A stretch of 29,681 nucleotides of DNA from Candidatus Fraserbacteria bacterium (GCA_037446135.1 JBBIJD010000012.1:1-29681); one strand, 5' to 3'. Counted from the first letter of the stretch, positions 6,020 through 15,928 are shown. Notes: generated by a model not told the origin, from the sequence alone. Numbers and translations: made by a program.

Positions 6020-7201
6020 TTAATGCTGGGTCCAGTCCCACTCTTCCAGGAATGCGGCCCCACCCCCGCGGAGCTGGAAGAGCCAGAGGGCCTCGATCCC
6101 GCAGTGGTCCTCCGGGGAGAAGGTGATCGGCGGGGTCAGGCCATGCTCCCAGTCCTTAAAGCTCTCCAGTGCCTGGATGAACTTCTCTCGCGTGAGGTCC
6201 GGCCCGGCCTGGACTAAGGCGTCAGTGACCATCTGGGCCCCGATGTAGGCGATCTCGGAGTAGCCGCTGGGGACCTCCCCGGGGAAGTAGCGGTTGAGGA
6301 GCATCGTGAAGAGGTAGGCCTCCGGATGATAGGGCGTGTTCGGGTCGGTGGCGAACCCCTCAGCGATCAGCCCCTCCGCGGCCGCACCAGCGAGCTGGTA
6401 GAGCACGGGCGTGATGGTATTCGTCCCGAGCCACTTCGGCTTATACCCCAATGTATCGGCCTCGCGGAGGATCGCTGCCGCATCGGCCAGATAGCCCAGG
6501 AGGATCACGGCCTCAGCACCGGCCTGCTGGAGCTGGAGGACATATGAGCTGAAGCTCGTCTCCGTCCCGGGGTAGGAGACCGTGGCCACCGGGGTGATCC
6601 CGCGCTTCTGGAGCTCGTCAGAGACATATTGATAAAGCTCCGTCCCGAAGGCGTCCTGGACATAGGCGACCCCGATCTTCTTCGCCCCGAGCCGGATGGT
6701 CGCATACTGGGCTAAGGTCCGCCCGAAGGCGATGTTGTTCGGCTGGATCGAGAAGGCGGTCTTGACCGTAGGCTGGCACATGAAGACCGCATTCCCGTGG
6801 GGCGAGACGACCGGGACGCCCTGCTCCTTCAGGTAGTCGAAGACCGCTTGATAGGTGATCGTCCCTAGGGGGTTGACGATCGCGAAGACCTTCTCCTCCT
6901 CGACCAGCTTCTTCACCGCCGCGACAGTGTTCGCCGGGTTGAAGCCGTCATCGAGGGCGATGAACTCGATCTTCCGACCATAGATCCCGCCCCACTGGTC
7001 ATTGATGAAGTTATACCAGGTCTGAGCCCCGTGGACTACGGGGATCCCGATTGGAGCTACCGGCCCGGACTGGGCGATGAAGCTCCCTAACTTGATCGTA
7101 TCGGCCGTGACCCCGGGGGTCTCCTCCTCGGCGATGGAGAGCCCTGCCAAAGCCAGGACAAAGAGCCCGAGAAGCACAAAACGGAAGGAACGCATCCTCA
7201 T
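6020..7201 (-). CDS. ABC transporter substrate-binding protein, LivK/HAAT family
   Basis: Start corrected to ATG 7201 (AAGGAGGT RBS); signal peptide; PGVTADTIKLG, GGIYGRKIE, DDGFNP motifs. Confidence 0.9.
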   Translation of the reverse strand: MRMRSFRFVLLGLFVLALAGLSIAEEETPGVTADTIKLGSFIAQSGPVAPIGIPVVHGAQTWYNFINDQWGGIYGRKIEFIALDDGFNPANTVAAVKKLVEEEKVFAIVNPLGTITYQAVFDYLKEQGVPVVSPHGNAVFMCQPTVKTAFSIQPNNIAFGRTLAQYATIRLGAKKIGVAYVQDAFGTELYQYVSDELQKRGITPVATVSYPGTETSFSSYVLQLQQAGAEAVILLGYLADAAAILREADTLGYKPKWLGTNTITPVLYQLAGAAAEGLIAEGFATDPNTPYHPEAYLFTMLLNRYFPGEVPSGYSEIAYIGAQMVTDALVQAGPDLTREKFIQALESFKDWEHGLTPPITFSPEDHCGIEALWLFQLRGGGAAFLEEWDWTQH

Positions 7202-7279
7202 CTCAACCTCCTTCTTGAGTTTCTCGCTCTGCTCTAAAGAGTTGGCTGCTTCATATCTCACCTCCTTCCCCCTGTTAAG

Positions 7280-8005
7280 CTAGGGCTTGGGCGAGGCCGC
7301 CCGGACCCCGAGATATAGCTGGCGGACCCGCTCGTTCGCTCGCAGCTCGTCCGCAGGGCCTGAGAGGGCGAGCCGCCCCGTCTCGAGGATATAGCCCCGC
7401 ACGGCGGTCGCCAGGGCCATATGGGCATTCTGCTCCGCGAGGAGGATGGTCGTCCCCTCGCGGTTCAACTCCCGGATGATCCGGAAGAGCTCCCTTACCA
7501 GGACCGGAGAGAGGCCGAGTGAGGGCTCATCTAAGAGGAGGAGCCGCGGCCGGGCCATCAGTCCCCTTGCGATCGCCAGCATCTGCTGCTCCCCTCCGGA
7601 GAGGGTCCCCGCGAGCTGGCCCCGCCGCTCCTTCAGGACGGGGAAGTGGGCGAAGACCTGCTCCAGGCTCTGCTTGATCCCCTGATGGTCCCGCTGGATG
7701 AAGGCCCCCATCCTCAAATTCTCCCAGACCGTGAGATCAGGGAAGAGCTGCCGCCCCTCGGGGACTTGGCTGATCCCTAAACGGACGATCCGCTCTGCCG
7801 GGAGGCGGTCGAGCCGCCGCCCCTGGAAGGTGATCTGCCCTGAGCGGGGATGGATCAGCCCGGAGATGGTGTTCATCAGGGTCGTCTTCCCTGCCCCGTT
7901 GGCCCCGAGGACGGCCACGATCGCCCCCGCTTCGACCTCGAGTGTGACCTCCTTTAGGGCCTGGATCGGGCCATAATAGGTGCTCACACCCTCGAGCTTA
8001 AGCAA
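7280..8005 (-). CDS. livF: HAAT-family ABC ATPase (LivF-like)
   Basis: GANGAGKTT, QVPEGR, LSGGEQQMLAIAR, LLDEPSLGL. Confidence 0.93.
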   Translation of the reverse strand: MLKLEGVSTYYGPIQALKEVTLEVEAGAIVAVLGANGAGKTTLMNTISGLIHPRSGQITFQGRRLDRLPAERIVRLGISQVPEGRQLFPDLTVWENLRMGAFIQRDHQGIKQSLEQVFAHFPVLKERRGQLAGTLSGGEQQMLAIARGLMARPRLLLLDEPSLGLSPVLVRELFRIIRELNREGTTILLAEQNAHMALATAVRGYILETGRLALSGPADELRANERVRQLYLGVRAASPKP

Positions 8006-8765
8006 CTTGGACCTCCTCCCCCAGATAAGCCTCGATGACCGCCGGGTGGTGCTGGACCTCCGCGGGGGTCCCCTCGGCGATCTTCCTCCCGAAGTCCAGC
8101 ACGATCACTCTCCCGCAGATCCCCATCACTAGAGACATATCGTGCTCGACCAGCAGGATCGTCAGGCCATATTCGTCCCGGACCCGCTTGATGAACTCGC
8201 CCATCATCTGGGTCTCCGTAGCGTTCATCCCCGCCACGGGCTCATCGAGCAAGAGCAGCTTCGGCCGGGTCATCAGTGCCCGTGCCAGCTCGATGAACTT
8301 CCTCGTCCCGTAGGGGAGGAAGTGGACGATCGCCCCTTTGAGTGGGCCCAGCCCGAGCCGCTCCAGGAGCCCCTCGGCCTCGGCACGGAAGGCCCGCTCC
8401 TCTCGTCGGCCCAGTCCCAAAGCCAGGGCCCATGAATGGGTCTTATAGTGGATATGCCTTCCTACCAGAAGATTATCGAGCACGGTCATATACGGGAAGA
8501 GGCCGAGGTTCTGGAAGGTCCGGGCGATCCCCCGCTCCAGGACCTGATGGGGCTTGAGGCGGAGGAGGTCCTCCCCCTGGAAGCGGATCTGCCCGGCCAC
8601 GGGATCATAGAACCGGCTGATGAGGTTAAAGACGGTCGTCTTCCCCGCCCCATTTGGGCCGATCAGCCCGACGATCTCCCCTTCCGCGACGGCGAAGCTC
8701 AGTCCATCGAGGGCCTTTAGGCCGCCGAACCTCATCGTCAGTCCCTCAACCTCCAAGAGAGCCAT
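7998..8765 (-). CDS. livG: HAAT-family ABC ATPase (LivG-like)
   Basis: FGGLKAL, GPNGAGKTT, GIARTFQN, LPYG, LDEPVAG, VEHDM, VIEAYLG. Confidence 0.93.
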   Translation of the reverse strand: MALLEVEGLTMRFGGLKALDGLSFAVAEGEIVGLIGPNGAGKTTVFNLISRFYDPVAGQIRFQGEDLLRLKPHQVLERGIARTFQNLGLFPYMTVLDNLLVGRHIHYKTHSWALALGLGRREERAFRAEAEGLLERLGLGPLKGAIVHFLPYGTRKFIELARALMTRPKLLLLDEPVAGMNATETQMMGEFIKRVRDEYGLTILLVEHDMSLVMGICGRVIVLDFGRKIAEGTPAEVQHHPAVIEAYLGEEVQVA

Positions 8766-8780
8766 GCTTCCTCCTCATTC

Positions 8781-9767
8781 TCATTCCCGGACAAAGAGGC
8801 GCGCCTCCTCTACCACTTCCCTCAATGGGCGGGGGAGCCGCTGGAGCTTATCGGGCATCGTCCAGCGGCGGATGAAGCCCCAGAAACCATAGGGCATGAA
8901 GATCACCACCAAGACCAGGGCCGCGCCGTAGATGAACTGCTGGAGCCCACGGAAGCCGCTCAGCCAGTGGGGGAGGAAGGTCAGGAAGAGGGCCCCTAAG
9001 ACCGAGCCGGGGAGGGAGGCCATCCCCCCTAAGGCCATCATCATGAAGATGAAGAGCGATTTGGCGAGATCGAACTCCCCCGGGCTGATGTAGCCTACCA
9101 CAAAGCTATACAGCCCTCCAGCGATCCCGGTATAGAAGGCGCTGAGGAAGAAGGCATAGGCCTTATACCGTGTCAGGCTGATCCCGCAGGCCTGGGCCGC
9201 TCGCTCCTGGTCCCTCAAGGCGATGAAGGCCCGTCCCATCTTGGAGTGCACGATATTCCTGGCCAGGAGGAGCATGACGATCACGATGAGCAGGGTCAGG
9301 TAATAGAGCTCGACATCGGAGTCGAGTGGCAGGCCGAAGAGGACGGCCTTGGGGACCTTCATCCCCTGGTAGCCCCCGGTCAGGGCGGTCCAGCGGGGGA
9401 GGATCTCGGCCACGGCGGCCCCAAAGCCGAGGGTGGCGATCGCAAGATATATCGCAGTGAGCCTAAGTGCCGGGACCAGGAGGATGAACCCCGTCAGGCC
9501 GGTGAGGCCCCCCGCCAGGGGGATGGCGAGCCAGAAGGGGAGCCCGAGCTTGGCCACTAGTAAGGCCGCGGCGTAAGCCCCGATCGCCAGGAAACCGGCA
9601 TGGCCGATCGAGAGCTGCCCGGCATAGCCGGTGAGGAGGTTCAGCCCGAGGGTCGCGACCACATAGACCCCGGCCAAGTTCAGGATGTAGAGCGTATAGC
9701 TCCTCAGGAAGAGCGGGGCCAGCCCGAGCAAAGAGAGGACCACACCCCAGAGGATCAACCGTCTCAT
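8781..9767 (-). CDS. livM: HAAT-family ABC permease (LivM-like)
   Basis: GLNLLTGYAGQLSIGHAGF, YLAIATLGF, multiple hydrophobic helices. Confidence 0.92.
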   Translation of the reverse strand: MRRLILWGVVLSLLGLAPLFLRSYTLYILNLAGVYVVATLGLNLLTGYAGQLSIGHAGFLAIGAYAAALLVAKLGLPFWLAIPLAGGLTGLTGFILLVPALRLTAIYLAIATLGFGAAVAEILPRWTALTGGYQGMKVPKAVLFGLPLDSDVELYYLTLLIVIVMLLLARNIVHSKMGRAFIALRDQERAAQACGISLTRYKAYAFFLSAFYTGIAGGLYSFVVGYISPGEFDLAKSLFIFMMMALGGMASLPGSVLGALFLTFLPHWLSGFRGLQQFIYGAALVLVVIFMPYGFWGFIRRWTMPDKLQRLPRPLREVVEEARLFVRE

Positions 9768-9791
9768 CTCATCTCCTCTTCCCTTTCTAGT

Positions 9792-10670
9792 CTAGACCCT
9801 CCTCCCGACCGGCTCCCCCAGGAGCCCCTGGGGCCGGATGGCCAAGACGATGATGATCAGCAGGAAGACGAAGGTGGTCTTCAAGGGCGCTAAGGCCGCG
9901 GGCATGTAGATCGTGAGGAGGTTCTCCAGCACCCCGAGCAGGAGCCCACCGACGACCGCCCCGGGGAGGCTCGTAAAGCCTCCCAAGACCGCCGCGGCCA
10001 CGGCCTTGATCATCACCAGGATCATCCTCGTTAAGTCTAAGAAGACGATCGGGGCGATCAGGACACCCGCGAGGGCCCCGAGCCCCACCCCCAGGGCCCA
10101 GCTCAAGGTGGCGATCTGCCCGACATTGATCCCCATCAGTCTCGCGGCCTGGCGGTTCTGGGCTGTAGCCCGCATGGCGATCCCGATATCGGTGAACTTG
10201 AAGATCGCAAAGAGGAGGAGCGCGATCGCGGCCGCGATCCCGAAGACCAATAGGTCATGGCGCCGGATCACTACATTCCCGAGGAAGAGTGGCGGGCCCT
10301 TGATGACATAGGGGAAGGGCTTGGTATCGTAGCCCCAGATCCAGCCAGCTACGGCCTCGAGGATCATCCCGATCCCCAAAGTGGCGATGAAGAGGCTCGT
10401 CACTGGTGCCTCCTTCGCCAGCTTCAGGAAGCCTCGGTCGACGATCACCCCCAAGAGGAGGCCACAGGCGATCGCCCCGAAGAAGGCCACAACAAAGGGG
10501 AGCTTATACCAGGTGAGGAGCATATAGGCGATGAAGGTGCTGAACATCGTCATATCGCCGTAGCCGAAGTTGAGGATATGAGTGGTCTTATAGACGAGGA
10601 TCAGGCCGAGAGCCATCATCGCATAGAGGCTCCCCGAGGCTAGCCCGCTGAGGATCAGTTGGGGTAACAT
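9792..10670 (-). CDS. livH: HAAT-family ABC permease (LivH-like)
   Basis: GLASGSLYAMMALGL, G.AMRA.AQN..AA.LMGI, LGGFTSLPGA, RPQGLLG. Confidence 0.92.
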   Translation of the reverse strand: MLPQLILSGLASGSLYAMMALGLILVYKTTHILNFGYGDMTMFSTFIAYMLLTWYKLPFVVAFFGAIACGLLLGVIVDRGFLKLAKEAPVTSLFIATLGIGMILEAVAGWIWGYDTKPFPYVIKGPPLFLGNVVIRRHDLLVFGIAAAIALLLFAIFKFTDIGIAMRATAQNRQAARLMGINVGQIATLSWALGVGLGALAGVLIAPIVFLDLTRMILVMIKAVAAAVLGGFTSLPGAVVGGLLLGVLENLLTIYMPAALAPLKTTFVFLLIIIVLAIRPQGLLGEPVGRRV

Positions 10671-10722
10671 CTCAAGTCAAGTGGGCCTCCATTCATCCCG
10701 ATGACCGCTGCAAACTGCCTCG

Positions 10723-10751
10723 ATCATAGCGATGGGCCTGAGGCCCGTCAA
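10723..10751 (-). promoter_or_regulatory. internal sigma70 promoter for the ABC operon
   Basis: TTGACG (10751-10746), 17 nt, TATGAT (10728-10723). Confidence 0.7.
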
Positions 10752-10761
10752 GTCTGGTCCA

Positions 10762-11196
10762 TTAAGCTCTCATGGCTGAAAAGGCCAGGTAAGTCCGGCG
10801 GGCCTCGCCCTCGCCCCGCTCGAGGAAGACGGCCCTTAAGGGCATCCCGGGCTTGATCCCTTCCGGCCTTTTAGGGTCGAACCCCAGGATCTGAGCGCTG
10901 ATCCTCGGCCCCTCCTCGAGCCGGACCAGCCCCACGCAGTAGGGCTTCTCCCGGCTATAACCGGCGGCGAGCATCGCCGTCGGGGCGACATGGACCGCCG
11001 TGAAGGCCACAAGCCTCCCCCGGCCGGAGAGTTCGACCCACTCCATCTCCTCGCCGAAGCACTCGGGGCAGAGGGGCCTCGGGGGGAGATAGAGCCGGCC
11101 GCAGGCCCGGCAGCGTGAGCCCATGAGCTTTTTCTCCTCCAGGAACTTGGAGAACGAGGCGGTCGTGATCGTGATCCTCCGCTCATCGGGCTCCAT
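10762..11196 (-). CDS. DUF35 family Zn-ribbon/OB-fold protein (thiolase partner)
   Basis: CRACG..Y.PPR..CPEC zinc ribbon, W.ELSGRG, PY.VGLVRLEEG; starts 3 nt after the thiolase stop. Confidence 0.92.
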   Translation of the reverse strand: MEPDERRITITTASFSKFLEEKKLMGSRCRACGRLYLPPRPLCPECFGEEMEWVELSGRGRLVAFTAVHVAPTAMLAAGYSREKPYCVGLVRLEEGPRISAQILGFDPKRPEGIKPGMPLRAVFLERGEGEARRTYLAFSAMRA

Positions 11197-11199
11197 CGG

Positions 11200-12474
11200 C
11201 TACCTCCTCTCGAAGATGTGGACCACGCAGGTCTGGCCGGTCCCGCCGACATTGTGGGTCAACGCTATGTCCGGTTCGCCCGGGACTTGGCGTGGTCCGG
11301 CCTGGCCGCGCAACTGCTTCCAGATCTCGACCGCCTGGGCCGCCCCGGAGGCCCCGACGGGATGGCCCTTGGCCTTGAGCCCACCGGAGGTGTTGATTGG
11401 TCTCGGCCCGCGAAGGGAGGTCAGGCCCTCGAGGGCGGCCTTCCAGCCCTCCCCGGGAGGGAAGAAGCCCAAGTCCTCGGTGGCGATGATCTCGGCGATC
11501 GTGAAGCAGTCGTGGACCTCGGCCAGCTTGATCTCCTCGGGCCCGACCCCGGCCATCTCATAGGCCTCTTGGGCCGCGAGCTTCGCGGCCCGGATCGAGG
11601 TGAGCTCGGCCCGGCTGTGGAGGGCCCCATCGCTCGCCTGCCCTAAGCCGATGAGGTAGACCGGCTCATCAGTGAACTCCTTCGCCCGCTCTTCGCTCAC
11701 CAGGAGCAGGGCCGCGGCCCCGTCGGAGATCGGTGAGCAGTCGAAGAGCCGGAGCGGCCAGGCGATCACCGGGTTTACGGAGTCATCCTGGAGGAAGGCC
11801 AGCTCATCGGCCCAAGAGGGGAGGGGCTTCCCTTGGGCCTTGGCTTTGGCGATTTTCCCCTCCATCACCTGGCGGATCGTCAGGTTGAATTGGGCCTTCT
11901 CGTTGAGCGCGCCATTCTCATGGTTCTTTATGCCCACCCGCAGCAGCGCCTCCAGCGGCGCGCCGTAGCGGTCGATGTAGGCCGTGGCCATGGCCGCGTA
12001 GAATCCGGGGAAGGTGAACCCCGCGGGGATCTCGAAGAGCGCATCTCCGCCGGTCGCTAAGACATCAGTGACCCTCTCGGTCGGGAGGGAGGTCATCTTC
12101 TCGACCCCGCCGACCAGGACCACATCGTATAGCCCGGAGGCGATCGCGATCGCCCCCTGGCGGAGGGCCACCCCGCTGCTGGCGCAGGCGTCCTCGATCC
12201 TCGTGGCCGGGCGGGGAGTGAGCCCGAGCCAGTCGGCAATGATCGGGGCGATATGCCCCTGGCCTTCAAAAAGATCGCTCGAGTAGTTCCCGAGGTAGAT
12301 CGCCTCGATCTCCTTGGGATCGAAGCCCTTGTCCACCGAGGCCCGGAGCTCGCGGAAGGCCTCGAGGAAGAGGTCTCTCCCCGTCTTCTCCGGGAAGGAG
12401 CCGAACTTGCTCATCCCCGCCCCGACGAGGGCCACCCCGCGGCCGAGCCGCTTGGGCTTGGGCCTAGCCTTCAC
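11200..12474 (-). CDS. thiolase, archaeal/SCP-x type (acetyl-CoA acyltransferase)
   Basis: Start corrected to GTG 12474 (GGAGG RBS); EDACASS catalytic Cys, DCSPISDGAAA, EVHDCF, NTSGGLKAKGHPVGASG, HNVGG. Confidence 0.92.
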   Translation of the reverse strand: MKARPKPKRLGRGVALVGAGMSKFGSFPEKTGRDLFLEAFRELRASVDKGFDPKEIEAIYLGNYSSDLFEGQGHIAPIIADWLGLTPRPATRIEDACASSGVALRQGAIAIASGLYDVVLVGGVEKMTSLPTERVTDVLATGGDALFEIPAGFTFPGFYAAMATAYIDRYGAPLEALLRVGIKNHENGALNEKAQFNLTIRQVMEGKIAKAKAQGKPLPSWADELAFLQDDSVNPVIAWPLRLFDCSPISDGAAALLLVSEERAKEFTDEPVYLIGLGQASDGALHSRAELTSIRAAKLAAQEAYEMAGVGPEEIKLAEVHDCFTIAEIIATEDLGFFPPGEGWKAALEGLTSLRGPRPINTSGGLKAKGHPVGASGAAQAVEIWKQLRGQAGPRQVPGEPDIALTHNVGGTGQTCVVHIFERR

Positions 12475-14044
12475 CTCCACCTCCTTCTTGTCCTTCTTCT
12501 CGGACGAACTTCGCCCGCAGCTCACGCTTGAGGACCTTCCCCATCCCTGAGAGGGGGAGCTCCTTCAAGAAGACCACGCTCTTGGGGACCTTGTAGCGGG
12601 CCAGGTGCTCTCGCATGAAGGCGATCAACTCCTCCTCTGTCACTTTCGCACCCGGCTTGAGGACCACGCAGGCCTTCCCCACCTCTCCCCACTTCGGGTC
12701 GTGGACACCGATGACCGCGCACATCTGGACCGCGGGGTGCTTGTAGAGGACATTCTCGATCTCCGCGGGGTAGATGTTCTCCCCCCCGGAGATGAACATG
12801 TCCTTCTTCCGGTCGAGGACATAGAAATACCATTCCTCATCGTAACGGACGATATCCCCGGTGCGGAACCAGCCCTCCTCATCGATGGCCGCGGCGCTCG
12901 CCTCGGGATCGTTCCAGTAGCCGGAGGAGCGCGAGGGCCCCTTGAGGACCAGCTCACCCGGCTGATTCGGCCCGACCGGCTTGTTCTCCTCGTCCACGAC
13001 CCGGACATCGACGAAGAAGTTCGGCCGGCCGATGCTCCCGGCCTTCCGCTCGGCATCCTCCGGTGCGAGGGCGAACAGCCCCGGCCCGAATTCGGTCATC
13101 CCGAACCCCTGCTTGAAGAGGACACCCTTCTCCCGCATGTATTTCTGGATCAGCGGGACCGGGAGGGGTGCCCCCCCGGAGGTGCAGAACCGGAGTGAGC
13201 TTAAGTCCGCGGTCGGCCAGTTCGGGGCCTCGGTGAGCATCTGATACATCGTCGGGACACCGGCGAAGACGGTCACCCGCTCGCGCTCGATCAGTTCCAA
13301 CACTTGCGCGGGCTCGAACTCCCGGACGAGGATGCTCGTGTTCCCCAGGATCACCTGGGAGGAGAGGTAGGTGAAGAGCCCGCCAGTATGGAAGAGCGGG
13401 AAGACATTCAGATAGATATCGCCATGCCTGAGGTCATGGATGATCGTGTTCAAGACATTCCAGCAGATCATCCGATGGCTGATCATCGCCCCCTTGGGTA
13501 GCCCGGTCGTCCCCCCGGTGAAAAGGAGGCAGGCGATCTCCTCGGCCTCGAGGGTTTCACAGGTGACCGGTGTCTCAGGGGATCTCCTCAGGATGGCCTC
13601 ATAATGGAGGCTATCGGGGAGGCCGTCCGCCTCGAGGTGGATGTAGTGTCTGATGGCGTAGGGCTTATCGCTTATCGCGGATCTGATCTCCTCGACCTCG
13701 GCCTTGAATTCGTCGGAGAAGAATAGGACCTTCGGGGCGGTATTCGCGATCAGGGCCAGGAGCTCCCGCCAGTGGAGCCGCCAGTTGAAGGGGGTATGGA
13801 TCGCTCCGAGCTTCCCGCAGGCGAAGAAGGAGTCGAGGTGCTCGATCCCATCCCGGGCGAGGATCGCCACCCGGTCGCCCTTCTCGATCCCCGCCTCCCG
13901 CTTGAGCCAGTTGGCCAGCCGGTTGACCCGGCGGTTCCACTGGCGATAGGTGAGCCGGAGCTCCGGGCTCTTCCCGGCATCGATGATCGCCAGCCTCTCC
14001 GGGGTATAGATCTCCCTTCGCCCCAGATAATCGCCGATATACAT
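12464..14044 (-). CDS. acyl-CoA synthetase (AMP-forming, FadD/MenE-like)
   Basis: Start corrected to ATG 14044; FTGGTTGLPKG, QGFGMTE, WFRTGD, SGGENIYPAEIE, GKVLK. Confidence 0.93.
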   Translation of the reverse strand: MYIGDYLGRREIYTPERLAIIDAGKSPELRLTYRQWNRRVNRLANWLKREAGIEKGDRVAILARDGIEHLDSFFACGKLGAIHTPFNWRLHWRELLALIANTAPKVLFFSDEFKAEVEEIRSAISDKPYAIRHYIHLEADGLPDSLHYEAILRRSPETPVTCETLEAEEIACLLFTGGTTGLPKGAMISHRMICWNVLNTIIHDLRHGDIYLNVFPLFHTGGLFTYLSSQVILGNTSILVREFEPAQVLELIERERVTVFAGVPTMYQMLTEAPNWPTADLSSLRFCTSGGAPLPVPLIQKYMREKGVLFKQGFGMTEFGPGLFALAPEDAERKAGSIGRPNFFVDVRVVDEENKPVGPNQPGELVLKGPSRSSGYWNDPEASAAAIDEEGWFRTGDIVRYDEEWYFYVLDRKKDMFISGGENIYPAEIENVLYKHPAVQMCAVIGVHDPKWGEVGKACVVLKPGAKVTEEELIAFMREHLARYKVPKSVVFLKELPLSGMGKVLKRELRAKFVREEGQEGGGGEG

Positions 14045-14048
14045 CAGA

Positions 14049-15092
14049 TCATCCACCTCCTTGGCCTTGCCGGTCGGAGGTCGCCCTCCCGGTCCATCTC
14101 CAGACCGAGGCGGCCATGGTGATCCCCCCGCCGCTGGTGCAGAAGACGATGATCTGGCCTGGCTTGGGGCCCCTCCCCTGAGCGATGGCATCGTCCAGCG
14201 CCATCGCCACGCACGGCGAGCCGGTATAGCCCCACTTATCCATCACCCAGTGGGTCTTCTCCAGCGGCTGGCCCAGAAGGTCCATCATGTGCTCGATCGT
14301 CCTCAGGTTGAGCTGGGTGAAGAGGAAGAGGTCCACATCTTCCACGGTCAGGCCGGCCTTTTGCAGCGCCTCCTGGACCAACCTGGGCCAATACTCGGTG
14401 TTGAAGGTCCGGGGGAACTTCTTGACGAACTGGACCCGCGGCGGGCCGTATCTCTCCAGGTTCTCCGGGGTGCAGGGGCGGAAGGCCCCGCCGGTGTAGA
14501 TCCCCAAAGCGTCATGGAACTCCCCGCGGGCGAGGAAGCGACTGGCCAGGAAGCCCGGTTCGTCCCCGGGCCCTAGAATGACTGCTCCAGCCCCATCGGC
14601 GAAGAGGTTGGCGGTCTTCTTGTCCTTGAGGTCGAGGAATCGGCTCATCCCATACCCCCCGGCCACGAGGATATAGCGGATCGAGGGGTCGGTGGCGATG
14701 TAGCGTGCTCCTTGGTCCAGGGCCGTGACCCAGCCGGCACAGGCGCTGTTGACATCCCAGCAGCCGGCATTGACCGCCCCGAGCTTGTGCTGGACCACCA
14801 CGGAGGTCGAGGGGGAGAGGTAGTCCGGGGTGTCAGTCGAGAGGATGATCAGGTCCAGTTCTTCTGGCTTGACACCGGCCCGCTCCAGAGCCCGCCGCGA
14901 GGCCTCCACTACCAGGTCGGAGGTGGTCTGGTCGGGAGTCATCCACCGCCGCTCGCGGATCCCGACATTCTCGATCAGCCACTGATCGGTCGGCTCGCCC
15001 AGGATCTGGTCGATCTCAGCGTTGGTCACCACCCGCTCGGGGACATAGCTCCCCGTGGAGAGGATCTGGGCATGGCGTGGCTTTGCCTTCAT
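14049..15092 (-). CDS. 3-oxoacyl-synthase III (FabH)-like condensing enzyme/acyltransferase with a non-canonical triad
   Basis: Start corrected to ATG 15092; GSYVPERVVTN, GIRERR, DVNSACAG (Cys), LFADGAGA; FTQLN and GYTGS where FabH has PHQAN and GNTS. Confidence 0.88.
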   Translation of the reverse strand: MKAKPRHAQILSTGSYVPERVVTNAEIDQILGEPTDQWLIENVGIRERRWMTPDQTTSDLVVEASRRALERAGVKPEELDLIILSTDTPDYLSPSTSVVVQHKLGAVNAGCWDVNSACAGWVTALDQGARYIATDPSIRYILVAGGYGMSRFLDLKDKKTANLFADGAGAVILGPGDEPGFLASRFLARGEFHDALGIYTGGAFRPCTPENLERYGPPRVQFVKKFPRTFNTEYWPRLVQEALQKAGLTVEDVDLFLFTQLNLRTIEHMMDLLGQPLEKTHWVMDKWGYTGSPCVAMALDDAIAQGRGPKPGQIIVFCTSGGGITMAASVWRWTGRATSDRQGQGGG

Positions 15093-15115
15093 CTTCGCAC
15101 TCACTCCATCTATGC

Positions 15116-15928
15116 CTATGCCCTGGCCTCCAGGAATTCTAGGATCGCCTCGACCGCCGCTTCGGGGGCCTCGAGTGGGAAGAAGTGGCCCGCACCCGGC
15201 AGTATCCGGACGGTGCTGTTCGGGATCGCCCTCGCCAGGAGCTCGGCGTTCCCCGGCGGGACGACCCTGTCGTGCTCGCCGAAGAGGATGAGGGTCGGGG
15301 CCCGGACGGCCTTGAGCTTCTTCTCGAAGGAGGCCTCTTCGGAGAGGAGGGCCAGTCCGATCGCCAGCTGGGCCTGGTAGGCCGCGGGGTCGAGCGGGTT
15401 CTTCACGCGGTAGTCGAGCCACTCTCGGACCAGCTCGGGGTGCCTTTCGGCGAACCCCGGAGCGGTGCTGATCACGATCCCCCGCCTCAGGCGCTCGATG
15501 GGGTCGCCGCTCATGTCGGTGAGCACGGCCAATGCCTCCTGAGTGATGGGGATATGGCGCGGCCCGCCGAAATTGGTGGAGGCTAAGATCAATTTGCTCA
15601 CCAGCTCCGGGCGGGTCAAGACCAGCGCTTGGGCCACGAACCCGCCCATCGAGTGGCCCAGGATCGCCGCGTGGGCGAGCCCCAGGGCCCTAAGGAGTCC
15701 GGCGGTGTCCTCAGCCAAGAGTTGGGCGGTGTAGGGCCCTTTGGGCTTATCCGTCCTTCCTACTCCTCGATTGTCGAAGACGATCACCCGGAGGTGCTCG
15801 GCCAGGCCGGGGACCATCCTGTGCCACATCCAGTGGTCGTAGCCCAGCCCGGCGATTAGGACCAGCGGCTCACCTGCTCCGTGGACCTCGTAGTAGATCT
15901 CGATCCCATTCGCATGGACCTTAGGCAT
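15116..15928 (-). CDS. alpha/beta hydrolase
   Basis: FDNRGVG, nucleophile elbow GHSMGG, GEHD..VP, GAGHFF (Ser-Asp-His). Confidence 0.93.
   Translation of the reverse strand: MPKVHANGIEIYYEVHGAGEPLVLIAGLGYDHWMWHRMVPGLAEHLRVIVFDNRGVGRTDKPKGPYTAQLLAEDTAGLLRALGLAHAAILGHSMGGFVAQALVLTRPELVSKLILASTNFGGPRHIPITQEALAVLTDMSGDPIERLRRGIVISTAPGFAERHPELVREWLDYRVKNPLDPAAYQAQLAIGLALLSEEASFEKKLKAVRAPTLILFGEHDRVVPPGNAELLARAIPNSTVRILPGAGHFFPLEAPEAAVEAILEFLEARA

Noticed and set aside
6020..10670. Definite branched-chain amino acid specificity of the ABC transporter
   Set aside because: HAAT-family membership is clear but the substrate cannot be read from sequence; context favours a carboxylate or lipid-like ligand.
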